Assembly: GCA_016748015.1 (NCBI GenBank)
Contig: JAAOMT010000708.1
Coordinates: forward strand, 248,001-312,000
Direction of reading: 5' to 3'
DNA from: Geosiphon pyriformis uo1
Lineage: Eukaryota; Fungi; Glomeromycota
DNA: 64,000 bases
Shown here: positions 1 to 13,443 of the stretch, piece by piece
How the letters are laid out: the number at the start of each line of letters is the position of its first letter
Position numbering within the stretch: position 1 is the first letter of the stretch
The notes under the pieces: model-generated
Database searches by the model: none
What the model saw: only the letters and a program-made list of their open reading frames with translations
What the model was told of the DNA's origin: nothing
Position numbers and translations under genes: made by a program

Positions 1-1246
1 TATTTTTATAAGATTTTTGGTTATATTATATATTAGAATTTTGATATGTTTATGGTTTTTGGCTAAGATGTAGAGATTGATAATACCAATTTTTTCTAAT
101 TCACAAATGTTTGGTTTTACTTTAAAAATTTGGAGTTAATCCTTTACTTTTTTTTCTATAGTTAATATATGTTGGTTGTATAATAAAATAAAAATAAATT
201 AATTAGTGAAAATAATTTCTTTCTTATTAATGGTTTTTTTTTGTCATATTAACTAGTATCTTTATATTACTTGTAAATTCGAATTTTTTTATCTCTTTTG
301 TTGTAATTCTTAATTTATTTCTCATTTTTACTAACACTAATTAAGCTATTTTTATTAGAAACAGAAATATTGCCTGTGCTATCTTTTTATTTGGTTTAAT
401 TGTGTATCTTTTTTCTGAATTATTTTGTAATATTACAATAATATTTCTTACATATTCTGTATTAATTATTTTTTTTCTAATATTAATCTTTTTTTTTGCT
501 AAATTAAATCTAAAAATTAATTGAATTATTATTATTGCTGGAATTTTCAGTACTATTTTCAAATCTATACTGGTGTATAAATAAAATTCCAATCTGATAA
601 TACTTTTTTTCAGATATCTGAAATTAAATTCTGTATTGGTATTATGTGCATATTTTGGCATGATACTTTTATTATTATTATTACTGAATTATTTGAGTTT
701 CTGTTTCTTTAAAAAATCTAAAAGTGCAATATATTGTTTAAAATTTTTATTGGAGTTTGAATCATCATTGTTGTTATTGTCATAATGAATAATATTAGAA
801 TTATTGTTATTATTATTATTAGAATTTAAATTGTAATTGAATTTTGATTTCAATTTTAATACACATTCACTAATTGGTTCTTTTTTTTTAGTAATTAAAT
901 AAATTATACATAATAGTAGATTGTAAATAAAATTACAATTATCACAATATTTAAAGTCACTGAATATTAAGCAAAATTTACAGAATATAGTATTTAATTG
1001 TTCTAAATACTGTTTTTGTTCTTTTTAAGTAGATGCTAGATCTTGATAATGTTTGTGAAATTGTTTTAAATTGTTCAGAATATCAATAAATGCATTTGAG
1101 TTGGGTATAAAAACAGTTTTAACAGATTCTGATAGGTTATTTTTAATTACCAATATTTTGCTAAATAAAGTGTCTTTAACTTTAGCACTTATTATTTACC
1201 AAATTTTATCTTTATTGTGTAGATAACTGTATAAGTATAAGAGTGT

Positions 1247-2208
1247 TGTTACAGGTAAATATTTCTTTTGTTGGATTAAATAAAAACCCATAACTTGGTG
1301 CTTAAATCAAGTTGTAGTTGATGATGATCTAAAGATTTGTATCTAAAAGTTTTGGTTAAGTTCTTTATATAATGAACAGAGATTCAATGGTGATAGTTTT
1401 ATCCGTAGCTTCTCAAAACTGCAGTTTCGTCAATTTTTTTCTCAGCTTGATGGCTGGTATTTCTCCTGGTAAGCTATCCTCAATCGAGTATTCTACCTTT
1501 ATTCCTGGGTTTTTTACCAGTCATGTTTATCCTGATGTCAGTGTTCTGTGCATTAATCCTCAATAGAGTTAGTAAACAACAATAAACTCAAAGCAAGAAA
1601 ATGAAAAAATAAAAATAAAAATAAAGAAAGAAAAGAAATAAGCCAAGATGATTTGCAAGTTAGTATTCCATCAATAGTCATGATCAAGAGCTATTGTTCC
1701 AGTGTGGTTATGTGTTGATTACTATTAACATGAAGTGTTGATAATGGAAATGGATTTAAGATAACAAATAGTTATTTATTAGATGGCTGTAATTTGAAGA
1801 GTTGCTTAGATTAAATCTAAACTTGAGAGGTTTCACTAAAGGATTCTTTTTTTTTTTGTAATTTTAATAATTATGATTTTGCAAGTCTAATTGATTCTAT
1901 AAGTCTAATTGACTCCGCAAATTAATTGACTCCAAGTCTTATTGACTAATTTTCTAACTTCTGATACTACTGCTATATATACATATTTGAGATTCCTCAA
2001 TTCCTCAATTTTTCATATTAGGAATCCTGAAATTCCTGGAATTCTGCAATTTCTTTGAGAGGAATTCTGGAATTCTGGAATCCTGTAATTCCTTATGTGA
2101 GAATCCTGTAATTTTTCTGAGAGGAATCCTAGAATTCCACATTTACTACATCTATTTATGATTGGCTAATTTATATACTAATATACTTTCTATATTTTAT
2201 AAGTAACA
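1247..2208 (-). repeat. 3' LTR of element C
   Basis: Plus-strand ends TGTTACA...GTAACA; adjacent reverse-complement PPT (ttattcccttctttta); direct repeat of 4210-5186. Confidence 0.9.
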
Positions 2209-2487
2209 TTATTCCCTTCTTTAATATTGAGCTCCTGTGAAATCTTCTAAATCTCTCTTTTGTATCAATGTTGTTGTGGTAATTTCTATTGCTATTTGTA
2301 AATCTAATTTTATATGTGACTGGAGTTTTTAACTGTAGTGGTCTGTCTAGAATATTCATGTTTAAATCTTGCATTTGTATTATGTGCATGTTCAGACATA
2401 ATGCTCTCATTATTATTACTGAATTGAGTTAATTCCTGTTCCATTGTAAGATCTAGAAGCATGATATATTGTTTGGTGTTTGAAGTG

Positions 2488-2670
2488 GAATTTGAATTGT
2501 TGTTGGCAGAGTTTAAATTGTCATTTGTTATTAGCAGAGTTTGAATTATTATTGTCATCAGTGGAGTTTAAATTGTTGTTGTTATTAGTGGAGTTTAAAT
2601 CATTGCTGTCATTAGCGGAGTTTGAATTGTTGCTGTTATCAGTGAAGTTTGAATTAGAATTAAGTTCCGA
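2488..2670 (-). repeat. 27-bp tandem repeat (~6-7 units, 9 codons NSNSADNNN-like) in element C
   Basis: gagttt(a/g)aatt-like unit recurs at 2509, 2537, 2564, 2591, 2618, 2645. Confidence 0.8.
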
Positions 2671-2989
2671 TTCCAATTCCCATTTGTTCTTGCTGATTGG
2701 CTTTTCTTCGAATATATGATACATGGGAGTGGATTGTGACTATGTCTTAATATTCTGATTTAGGGCCGTCAGGTGAGTTTTGCTGATTTATTGGTACTGT
2801 GGAAATTAGATTTTATTGGGCTATCGGAGGTAAGTTTCCTTGTATGATAGTGGGGTTTGGAATTTATCGGACTTCGAATGTTCGGGTTTTTGAATAATTC
2901 CCGGAGTTTGAATTGTTAGAGGTTTAATGAGTTTTATTAACAGTAAGTTTCTTTGTATAATAGTGGAGTTGGAATTATCAGGTTTTGAA

Positions 2990-3370
2990 TGTTTGGGTTT
3001 TTGAACGATTGGGTCTTAAATAATCGGAGTTTTAACAAGTTTTAACGAGTTTATCAAAGGTAAGTTTCGAATGTTCGGAGTTTTAATGATTGGGTCTTGA
3101 ATAATCAGAGTTTTAATTTAATGAGTTTTTAATGAATTTATCAATGGTAATTTTCAAATGTTCGGAGTTTTAATGATCAGATTTTGAATAATCGGAGTTT
3201 TAATTTAACAAGTTTTTAACGAATTTATCAAAGGTAAGTTTCGAATATTTGGGGTTTTAATGATCAAATTTTGAATAAACAGAGTTTTAATTTAACAAGT
3301 TTTTAACGAATTTATCAATGGTAATTTTTGAATGTTCAGGGTTTTAACAATCAGGTCTTGAATATTCGGA
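2990..3370 (-). repeat. 87-bp tandem repeat (~4 units) in element C
   Basis: atgttcggagttttaatgat-like unit starts at 3071, 3158, 3245, 3332; partial copies at ~2878 and ~2989. Confidence 0.8.
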
Positions 3371-4190
3371 GTTGTATTTTCCGAATTTTCTAAATTTGAG
3401 TTTTATCAGGGTTCGAAAATTTGGGGTTTTGAATTCTGAGTTTTCTGAAATTAGGTTTTGGTAAGTGAATCCTTGATCTTTACTTCCTTCCTCTTCTTTC
3501 TCTAATAATTCCTACAGAGTAGTGGCTCCGAAATCTGGTTGGAGTATTGGTGATCGAATTCCTGATGACATTGGGGATTGTGATTTAAATCCTTCAAAAT
3601 ATGCTCTGTATGGTCTTAATAAGTTTTTTTTCCATTGTTTGCTTTAGAACTGAAATCTTCCAAATGTTGATGTCACATTTGAGGTGGATGCGTCTGCTAA
3701 TGAGATGTTAATGGTGCTTCCAGGTGTGTAGTAATATGATAGAGCAGTTGGTGATTCTACTTTGTGTTTCTTCCAACTAGGTAACTGTATTTCTTTTGGT
3801 GTTGCTGCTGGTGTTTGTATTCTTCCTTTATCTTTGTCTGCGTAGGTAATGAGAAATTGTTGTTGAGTGTACCTTTTAATAGTTTGATTGATTTCTCTGA
3901 TTATTGGTGTAAAACTATAGTTCTTTGGTAAGTTGGTGTGTTGGAATAATTCTGTGTAAAAGTTTTCTCTTGCTGCTTCAATGTTAACTGTTCCTCCTAA
4001 GCATTCAGTGATTTTGTCATTGACATAGAAGTTGAAGGCTGATTCGGCTGGGTAATGATTACTGTTTAATCCTAATTATTAGCTGTATTGTTGAAACAAG
4101 GATTTTGCAAATTCTAAATGGTTTGCTCCTATATTTTCTGATTCTGCCACATTTAGATTTGTGTTGGTGCTGGTTCTCTGTAGGATTATA

Positions 4191-4207
4191 CCTCACAGGG
4201 AGCACCA
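4191..4207 (-). other. tRNA primer-binding site of element C (TGGTGCTCCCTGTGAGG)
   Basis: Starts 2 nt inside the 5' LTR end with TGG (complement of tRNA CCA); same motif in A, B and E. Confidence 0.9.
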
Positions 4208-4209
4208 AA

Positions 4210-5186
4210 TGTTACAAGTGAATATTTTTTTTGTTGGATTAAATAAAAACCCATAACTTGGTACTCAAATCAAGTCACAGTTGATGATAATCTGAAGGTT
4301 TGTATCTAAAGGTTTTGGTTGAGTTCTTTATATAATGAACAGAGATTCAATGGTGATAGTTTTATTTGTAGCTTTCCAAAACCGCAGTTTCATCAATTTT
4401 TTTCTCAGCTTGATGGCTGGTATTCCTCCTGGTAAGCTATTCTCAATTGAGTGTTCTATCTTTATTCTTGGATCTTTTACCAATTACGTTTATCCTGATG
4501 TCAATGCCCCACGCATTAATCCTCAATAGAGTTAGTAAACAACAATAAACTCAAAGCAAAAAAATGAAGAAAAGAAAAAGAAAATAAAGAAAAAAAAGAA
4601 ATAAGCCAAGACAATTTGCAAGTTAGTATTCCATTAATAGCCATGATCAAGAGCTATTGTTTCAGTATGATTACATGTTGATTACTATTAACATGAAGTG
4701 TTGATAGTAGAAATGGATTTAAGATAACAAATAGTTATTTATTAGATGGTTGTAATTTGGAGAGTTGCTTAGATTAAATCTAAACTTGAAAGGTCTTACT
4801 AAAAGATTTTTTTTTTTTGTAATTTTAATAATTATGATTTTGCAAGTCTAATTGATTCTATAAGTCTAATTGACTCCATGAATCAATTGACTCCAAGTCC
4901 CATTGACTAATTTTCTAACTTCTGATACTACTGCTATATATACATATTTGAGATTCCTCAATTCCTCAATTCTTTATGTCAGGAATCCTGAAATTCCTGG
5001 AATTCTGCAATTTCTTTGAAAAGAATCCTAAAATTCTGGAATCCTGCAATTCCTCATGTAAGAATCCTGCAATTCCTGGAATTCTGCAATTCCTCTAAGA
5101 GGAATCCTAGAATTCCACATTTATTACATCTACCTATGATTGGCTAATTTATATGCTAATATACTTCCTATATTTTATGAGTAATA
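4210..5186 (-). repeat. 5' LTR of element C
   Basis: Direct repeat of 1247-2208, adjacent to the PBS. Confidence 0.9.
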
Positions 5187-7790
5187 GTGTTCAGTTTCAT
5201 GTATTGTTAAAAAATTTTTTTTTGTTTATCCAGTCACCTATAAAAATTTTGTATTAATATGATGTGTCACATGTTTTTTCATGATTAAGAATATTATTCC
5301 ATATTTTTTTATCAAGTAATATTTCTTGACAAGCAAAACATAGTTTATTGTTTTATTTTCTCTGTTAATTTAAATAATAAAAGTGTTTTCTGTAACATAG
5401 TTTGCAATAGTAGTGGATATGTATTCAGTAGTTTTCTTCTGATGAAATCCAAGTTTTTATAGAAAAAAGCTTTTTTTATAATTAATTTATCTAAAAAGAA
5501 TATAATATGACTTCTTCTTTAATTCTGTTGAGTATAGAACATATTAAATGTTATTTATTTTTTCTGTGAAGATAGTTTGAGGTTTGTTCTCTTTTTTTTA
5601 TTTTTTCTTGTCATTTTAAGAAAGTATTAATAGCAGTTTTTTGTGTTTGTCTTTAGTCTATAAGACTTAATAGGCTTTTCAAGTAGGTTTGTTATTTCTT
5701 TCTCGAATTTAATTAGTGGCTGTAATTAGATTGTCTTGAAATAATTACAAGTGGCTGGTATCTGAGTATGCTGACTATTTTAACTAAGCTATAGCTTTTA
5801 GGTGTTTTAGTTAAGCACAGCCTTGGTCTTAAACAGTTAGTTATTACTAACAAAAATTTGGTATTGCATGACTTCTATTATGAAAACTTTGATAAATACA
5901 ATAATACCATTAACTTTAAATGCAAAGTTATCAATTTTACCAATAGAAGTTTTTATTATTTCATCAGTTATGATGATTTTGGCACTGACAATGCAATCAA
6001 CTTGATGACTTAATTGGTTTATAAGTTGTCATGTATTAATTCTGTTTGTTAAACCACTATTAAGAATTAGTTTGATAGAATAGCCATCAACTTTGACATT
6101 AGTATACATGATAATAATTAATTTAATATCAAAAGCAATTCTATTAAATAATAGAATTTCTAATTAGTCTTCTAACTTAAATAGAAAAATAATAATTAGT
6201 AATTTGTCTTTTGTAATGATTGCTAATAAAATATTGTTAATAAGTAATTAATAGTTGGTTTTCAGATTGTTAGATAAGTTGTTCTCTGTCATAACTAGGA
6301 AACTTAAATAGTTCTTGAAATTTGGGTTTTAGATGTACTCACTTTCTGAATTTCTGAGCATAATCATAATGTTTAATTTGAAAAACTGGAAATTAGTTGG
6401 TATATAACTATTGTTAATCTTTAATTCTGTTAAATATAAGTGATTTTTGGCCTTTGACTTCTAGTTGATACTGGCACAGTATTTTGTAGTAGTACTTAAA
6501 TTTGTTAAAGTTAATAAATAATTTGTGATTACAGCTAATATACTATTAATGCTGAAGTTTAATATACTAAAGATAAGTATATTAGTTATTGTATTATTGG
6601 ATGTAATAAGGCTAATATTGATATTGTTTTTAATTTAGAATACAATTCAGAGTTTGAAACCTGCAATTAAAGTTTCTGTATTGGTTTCTCAATTATGAGT
6701 TATTAGATCTGGCATAACAATCTGCTTTTAAATAGTTTTGTTTATTACAATAATGACAATTATGTATTTTTTGTTGTCATAGTTAATTGGCTAATAATAA
6801 TAAACATAATTAATTTTGGAAACAATTGGAGTTTTCTTGATTGTTACAATATTGTAGAGGCTAATAAATGGTGTAATTGTTAGCTAAGTATCTTTTTAAT
6901 TTTTGGTTAATAAAGTTACAGAATTGTTTTAGCTTAAAATTCAATTTAGATGATTTATTTATCACTAGATTTATAGTTTGAACATGGTTGGATTTGAGTT
7001 TGGCTAATTCAAAATTTCTGGTATGTGTTACTGTATCTTGGAGAGTATTTAAATACAATAAACATACTTATTATAGTAAACTACTACATAATTCACAAAT
7101 GAATTGATTTAAAATCTACAGTATTATAAAGTAATCAATATTGATTGTTTGAATTTGATACAGATTTCTGTAAAAGCATTCCAAGTAAGTAATGATTGCT
7201 TCAATATTACTTTGTTTAATTGTGGTGAAACAAGTTAACAAGTAATTAATACTATTATTATTACTAAAATATTGTAAAAACGTAGTTTTGAATGTGTCAA
7301 AATCTTGAGATTTGTTTACAAAATTCTAGTATTACAAGTTGGTAATGTTTTATAAGAAGTAGAAAATAGTTTGAAAGGCTTTAACATTATTCTATCTATT
7401 AGCTACAATGGTTTTTTCCATATTATTTAACCATGTTTGAGCATTGTTTTCTTTACTAATGAATTTTTTTAATTTGGCAATAGGTACATATGCTATTGGT
7501 GTAATTAATAATTGTTGTTAAAGTTGTTGCTAAGTGATAATTAATACTATTAATAGTTAATTAATCAAAAAAACTAAAAATAAGTCTTGTTAAATAATAA
7601 GAATAGAGTTTGGATTGTTTAGGTTTTGCTGGATTTAAGCAATTGAAGTTTGTACTTTTAAGTTATCTGAAATCGGATTTTAATTATTATTTCTCTAATT
7701 ATTATTTTCTTTTTCTTCTGAATTAGTGTCTTCTTAATAACTGGTAGATTCGAAATTTGGTTGAGATGACAGTAATCAAAGTTTTAATAA

Positions 7791-8661
7791 TGTTATAAAT
7801 GATTATTTGAGGATGTTAAAACAAATAACAAATCTGTAACTTGGTGTTTAATAGCTGGTAATGTTGATAATTTCTGAAAGTTTTGGAATTTGAAGATTTT
7901 GGTTGAGTTTTTTGTATAATAGATAGAGATTTAATTAATGGTTTCTTCCATGAATTTTTTTCTTTAACATAATGGCTGGTTTATTTTAACAGTTGTGCCT
8001 TTTTGGTAAGCTATCCTTAAATTTTTATCCTTATTTCTGGGTTTTTTACCAGACTATTCTTGATTTTAAATACTTAGCACTTAATCTTTTTTAATTAATT
8101 AGTAAACAACAAAGAAATAAAATAAAATAAAATAAAATAAAAAAAATAAGAAATTAGTATCTTATTAATAGCCATAATTAAAAGCTATTATTCTAGTGTA
8201 ATTAAGTATTGGATTTTATCAACATAGAATGTTAATAGTGGCAAAAGTGATTAATATTTTTAATTAAGTGATAATAACATAAATTCGATAATAATAGATA
8301 ATTTTATTAATATGAATATAATTTTATTTTAAATTGTAAAAAACTACTTTTTAAAGAAAAAAATATTGTTTTAAATTAATATGAACTCTATTGAATTTTT
8401 CTAAAATTATTTTTTCTGCTTTTAATACTTTTACTATATATATATAATTTATATTATATAAGATCTTATATTTTTTTAAGCAATGTGCTCTATTTTTTCT
8501 AATAATATGTTTATTGCTAAGCAGTATATCATAATTTATTAACAATATGTCTATTGTTGAACAATATATTATAATTTTCTAATATTGTGCTTACTTGCTA
8601 AGTTCTATTTTCTTATTTATCTATTTTTTCTATTTTTTTTTGTACTTTTTTATGAGTAATA
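7791..8661 (-). repeat. 3' LTR of element E
   Basis: Matches 10508-11272 plus 35877-35987 (ORFs 8351..8545 and 10991..11251 are the two copies). Confidence 0.88.
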
Positions 8662-10507
8662 TTATTTTTTTTTTTTAATATTAAGCTTTGTCAAGATCTC
8701 CTAAATCTTCTAATTCTATACTGATATGTAAGTAAGGTTTTAATCTAATGGCAGTTTTTTTTGAATATCTGGGATTAAACTTTGTATCAGTATTATATAT
8801 GTGTTCTGGCATAATACTTTTATTATTATTGCTAAACCATTTAAGTTTCTGCTCCTGTAAAAGATCTGAAAGTGTAATATATTGTTTGAAGTTTTCATCA
8901 AAGTTTGAATTATCATTATTGTTATTGCCATTGTAAATGGAATTGGAATTATTGTTGTTGTTATTGTCAAAATCTAAATTGGGATTAGATTTTGATTTTG
9001 ATTTTAAAGTACAACTGCTAATTGGTTTTTCCTCTTTGAGAATTGAATAGATCATGTATGATAACAAATTGTAAATAAAGTTATTATTATTACAATATTC
9101 TAAATCATAGAAAATTAGGCAATGTTTATAGAATCTAGTATTTAATTGTTCTAAATACTGTTTTTGTTTTTTTTAAGTAAGTGTTAGATTTTGGTAGTAG
9201 TGTAGTTTTTTTTTGGTTTTGACAAGTATAGAATATGTTACTTATTATTTGTTTTTTTTATGGAGGTAATAATTTGTGATTTATTCTTTTTTTTTTCTTT
9301 TTTCTTGTTATTTTAAGAGAGTATTAATGATAATGTATTGTGCTTGTCTTTAGTCCACAAGACTTAATAGGCTTTTTAGGTAAGTTTTTTTTTTGAATTT
9401 AATTAGTGATAATTGGGTAATAGTGTTTGTTTTAAAGTAGTTACAAGTAACAAATATCTGAGTTTGCTGACCATTTTGACTAAGTTGTAGTTCTTGGGTG
9501 TTTTAGTCAAGTACAGTATTGGTTTTGAACAGCCAGTTATTACTAATAAGAGCTTGATACTATATGGCTTCTATAACAAAAACTTTGATAAGTATAATAA
9601 TACTGTTGATTTTAAAAAAAAAGTCATTAATTTCGCCAATAGGAGTTTTGGTCATTCAATTAACTATAATAAATTTGGCATTAAAAGCAGCTCTATTTAA
9701 AAGAAGCATTGTTGAAGATTTTTTTAATTCAAAAAAAAATGGTTACAAGTGACTTGTTTTTAGTAACTATTGCTGATAGAATATTATTAATAAATGGTAT
9801 TAGATTGGTTTCTAAGTTGTTGGATAAGTTGTTTTCTAAGGTAATCAAGAAACTTAAATAGTTCTAAGAATTTGGATTTTGGATGTACTTACTTCTCAAA
9901 CTTTACTGGTGTGATTCTAATGGTTAATTTAACAAACTGAAAATTAGTTGGTATTTTACTATTGCCAATTGCCAGTCTTATTAGATGTATATAATTCTTA
10001 GCCTTTAATTTCTAGTTGTCATTTAAGCTAAATTTTGGAATAGTATTTGAATTGATTAGGTTTGATAAATTACTTGTGGCTATAATTGATAAATTACTAG
10101 TGCTGAAGTCTAATAAACTGGAGGTATATATATTGGTTATTGCATTATTAGAATGTAATGAGACTGATATTGATATTGTTCTTAATTTGAGATGTAATTC
10201 AGAATTTAAAATCTGCAATTGGAATTTTGATGTTGATTTCTCAATTGTTAGTTATTAAATTTAGAGTGACAATTTGTTTTTAAATGGTCTTGTTTATCAT
10301 AATAGTAACAATTATACATTTTTTGTTGTTATAATTAATTTGCTAATGATAAACATGATTAATTTTGGAAATAATTGGAGTTTTTTTAATTGTTGTAATA
10401 TTGTAAAGACTAATAAATTGCTTGATTGCTAGCTAAGTATTTCTTTAATTTCTGGTTGATATTAGTGCTAATTTTCTGTTAAATTATACCTTACAGAAAG
10501 CACCAAA

Positions 10508-11272
10508 TGTTACATGTGATTATTTGGGGTGTTGAACAAATAACAAATCTGTAATTTAATGCTCAATAACTGGTAATTTTGGTAATTTTTAAAGATTTTG
10601 AAATTTGAAGGTTTTGGTTGAGTTTTTTGTATAATAAACAGAAATTTAATTGATAGTTTCTTCTGTGAATTTTTTTTTTCAGCATAATGGCTGGTTTATT
10701 TTAACAATTATGTTTTTTTGGTAAGTTATTCTTATTTTTGAGTCTTTTATTAAGTTATTCTTAACATCAAATACTCAGTACTTAATTTTTTTTAATCAAT
10801 TAGTAAACAACAAAAAAATAAAACAAAAGAAAACAAAAAAAATAAAAGAAAATAAGAAATTAATATCTTATCAATAACCATAATCAAAAATTATTGTTCT
10901 AGTATAGTTAAGTATCAGATTTTATTAACATAGAATATTAATAGTAATAAAAGTAATTAATATTTTTAATCAAGTGATAATAACATAAATTTAATAATAA
11001 TAGATAATTTTATTAATATAGACATAATTCCATTTTAAGTTGTAAAAAACTATCTTTTGAAGAAAAAAATATTGTTTTAAATTAATATAAACTCTATTGA
11101 ATTCTTCTGGAATTATTTTTTTTGCTTTTAATATTTTTACTATATATATATAATTTATGTTATACAAGATCTTGTATTTTCTTGAGCAATATGTTCTATT
11201 TTTTCTAACAATGTGCTCATTACTAAGCAGTATATTATAATTTACTGACAATATATTTATTGTTAAGCAATA
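10508..11272 (-). repeat. 5' LTR of element E, first part (remainder at 35877-35987)
   Basis: TGTTACA next to the PBS; homology to the 3' LTR stops at TA 11271-11272 and resumes at TA 35877-35878. Confidence 0.88.
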
Positions 11273-12374
11273 TAGTGAACTCTCTCTATAGTCCCTCTGG
11301 TTATAATTATTATCTTCTTATAATCACATTTTTTTAAAAACCAAAACCATTTATATATAATATTATCTCTTTATAGTTACTTTTACTATATATATCTCCT
11401 TATAGTCTCTATTCTTACAAATATGATAGCAGAATATAAGTAATTTCCACTCTCTATAGTCATACTATAATCATATGATATTAGATATGAATATTAGATG
11501 TCATTTTATATTTAATCAGACATGTACAGTCAGGAAGATTTCCCAATTTGTTAATGGAAATCATTCTTTTTATGGTAGTAAAAAAAATTAGAGAAGTTTT
11601 TGGAAATGATTGTAGAACACTAAACAAAATTTCTCAAATATTACAATATTCAATTACTCTTTTTTTTATAAGCCGCCACTGCCATCAGAAAACAATGATG
11701 GAACTATTATATCTGGCTTGTTGTTTGTGAGTATTATGAGAGTTTTAATAATAGTTGACATATGGTACAGTACTGCTGTTTTTGGTGCTTTGGAGACTGG
11801 TAGTACTTTGGAGGCTGTTGCTGCAAGTATTGATGAAGTTACTCTGAATCAAACTTTGGCTAATGAGATTACTTTTTCTCCATATTGGGAAAAGGAATTA
11901 ACAGACCTACAAGTGAGAATAATGGCCCAATGAGATCCTCCAAGAACAAGTTTGTTACTAGAACATTGCTCGAGCAAATCAACTGAGAACGGATTTCGAA
12001 TTTACCTTTCCTTAAGAAAAGAAATATGACCAGTAATAAAACTCAGAGCATGAGAATTCTGATATATACCCAATAAATATATTTTCACACCAATTTTGAC
12101 ATCTGCAATTAAAAAAGAGCTCTATACTAGCAATCATATTCATTATTCAACCAATATTTAGTATTAATAAGCAAAAGTTTGACTGATAGTTTTAAAGATA
12201 TATTAAAAATCAACTTTTTTGGGGCAAATAAATTCATGTTGAATGCTTTTCATAATCCAAACATAATCATGCAGAATGGAGATTCAGATTTAGACTCAAC
12301 ATATCATGTTTTAAAAATACCAATTATAAATGGTAATACACCCAACCCAAAGTAAACAAAACTGTACACAATAC

Positions 12375-13305
12375 AATATATTTCTAACTTTTTAAAGGAT
12401 ATTTATTAAGTTGTCACATGATTAACTTAATAAGCTTTGAAAACATAATTACTTAAAAGAGGTATTAGAGAGTTAATAATAGGTAATAGTTGTAATTTTA
12501 TTAACAGATTTATATTTTTTGATAATCTGCTTCTTTACTTGTTACTGGAATTGGTTTCCAAGTACCTAACAATGTTTTCTTAATTCGCCTTGCTTTAAAA
12601 AAGTCTATTCTTTTCATCCATGCAATTTTACTGAATTTTTTTATTTCTTCACTTAATATCTATTTATGGCCAATATCACAAAAAACACGATTAGAGACAT
12701 TTGAATTTACAAACTGTGTCTTTTTTATCTAAACTCAAAATTGATTTGATTCAGCAATAAAGTTAGGACGTATATGAGACCTGTATATTTCACCTTTAGA
12801 ATATTTGATGACATTAAAGAGGTTAGTACACAATCTCTCAAATTTGATACAGTTATGTGCTGCAATTTTCTAATGCCGTTGTGAAGGTGTAGAAGAAATC
12901 AATAATTTGAGCATTTTGTTAATTTCTTCAAGTATTGCATCATGGCCTTGATGTTGATTTAAAAGTTTAAATTGAAAAATTACAATTTTTTCTTGAATCA
13001 GCTTGCAAACTTCAGGCTTTAATTGTAGCCATTGTTCTTCATCAGTAATTTCAATTAATTAGTAAATAGGATGGTGCCAAGTAAACCAAATTGGTGCAAA
13101 CATTTGTCTAGCCATGAGTCTTAATAAAGACTTATTGAAACAAACTCCAATGCAAAAGTTAATAATTGCTTGTAAATAAAAAAAGACTTGTTCATACTTT
13201 AATCTGAACATGGGATCTGTTTCATTTTGGATTTATTCTAAGTAACCTTCAACAGATGAATTTTCCTTAAAAACAACATATGGCCACATTGATTCAGAAG
13301 TCATT
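12375..13305 (-). pseudogene. Captured fragment resembling the C-terminal part of an Academ/DUF6589-like transposase (tentative)
   Basis: Manual minus-strand translation gives one frame of ~265 codons broken only by transition-type stops: ...QAIINFCIGVCFNKSLLRLMARQMFAPIWFTWHHPIY*LIE...LNQHQGHDAILEEINKMLK...RH*KIAAHNC... Family assignment is from motif recall only. Confidence 0.5.
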
Positions 13306-13443
13306 GCATGTCTATATATATTACATATCAAATCCCATGACTTATGATGATCAAAACATTTTTTAAAAAACTGCAATTGACTTTTACTCTGATATCCCTA
13401 ATATTGTGCAAAGTATTTTATATCAATATTTCAATTGATATAG

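Larger units (their letters stand above)
1247..5186 (-). mobile_element. Non-autonomous, internally deleted LTR retrotransposon C (~3.9 kb) with 4-bp TSD GTGT
   Basis: Similar LTRs at 1247-2208 and 4210-5186; GTGT at 1243-1246 and 5187-5190; PBS 4191-4207; PPT 2209-2224. The 2-kb interior has only the gag N-terminus, repeats, a dUTPase start and the ORF3 tail. Confidence 0.92.
1..7790 (-). mobile_element. Old, heavily decayed Ty3/Gypsy LTR retrotransposon D (gag CA/NC, protease, Cys-rich region, dUTPase). Interrupted by element C (1247-5186); continues after element E at 35988-36268
   Basis: ORF 341..661 is a decayed dUTPase (ILQNNSEKRYTIKPNKKIAQAIF); ORF 6861..7058 matches the gag of A/B. 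Coding text is continuous across the C insertion (1246/5191) and the E insertion (7790/35992). Confidence 0.85.

Noticed and set aside
1372-4529. Duplicated 64-aa ORFs (1372..1566, 4335..4529), also 8351..8545 and 10991..11251
   Set aside because: They are chance ORFs in paired LTR copies; no reading frame is conserved between LTR families.
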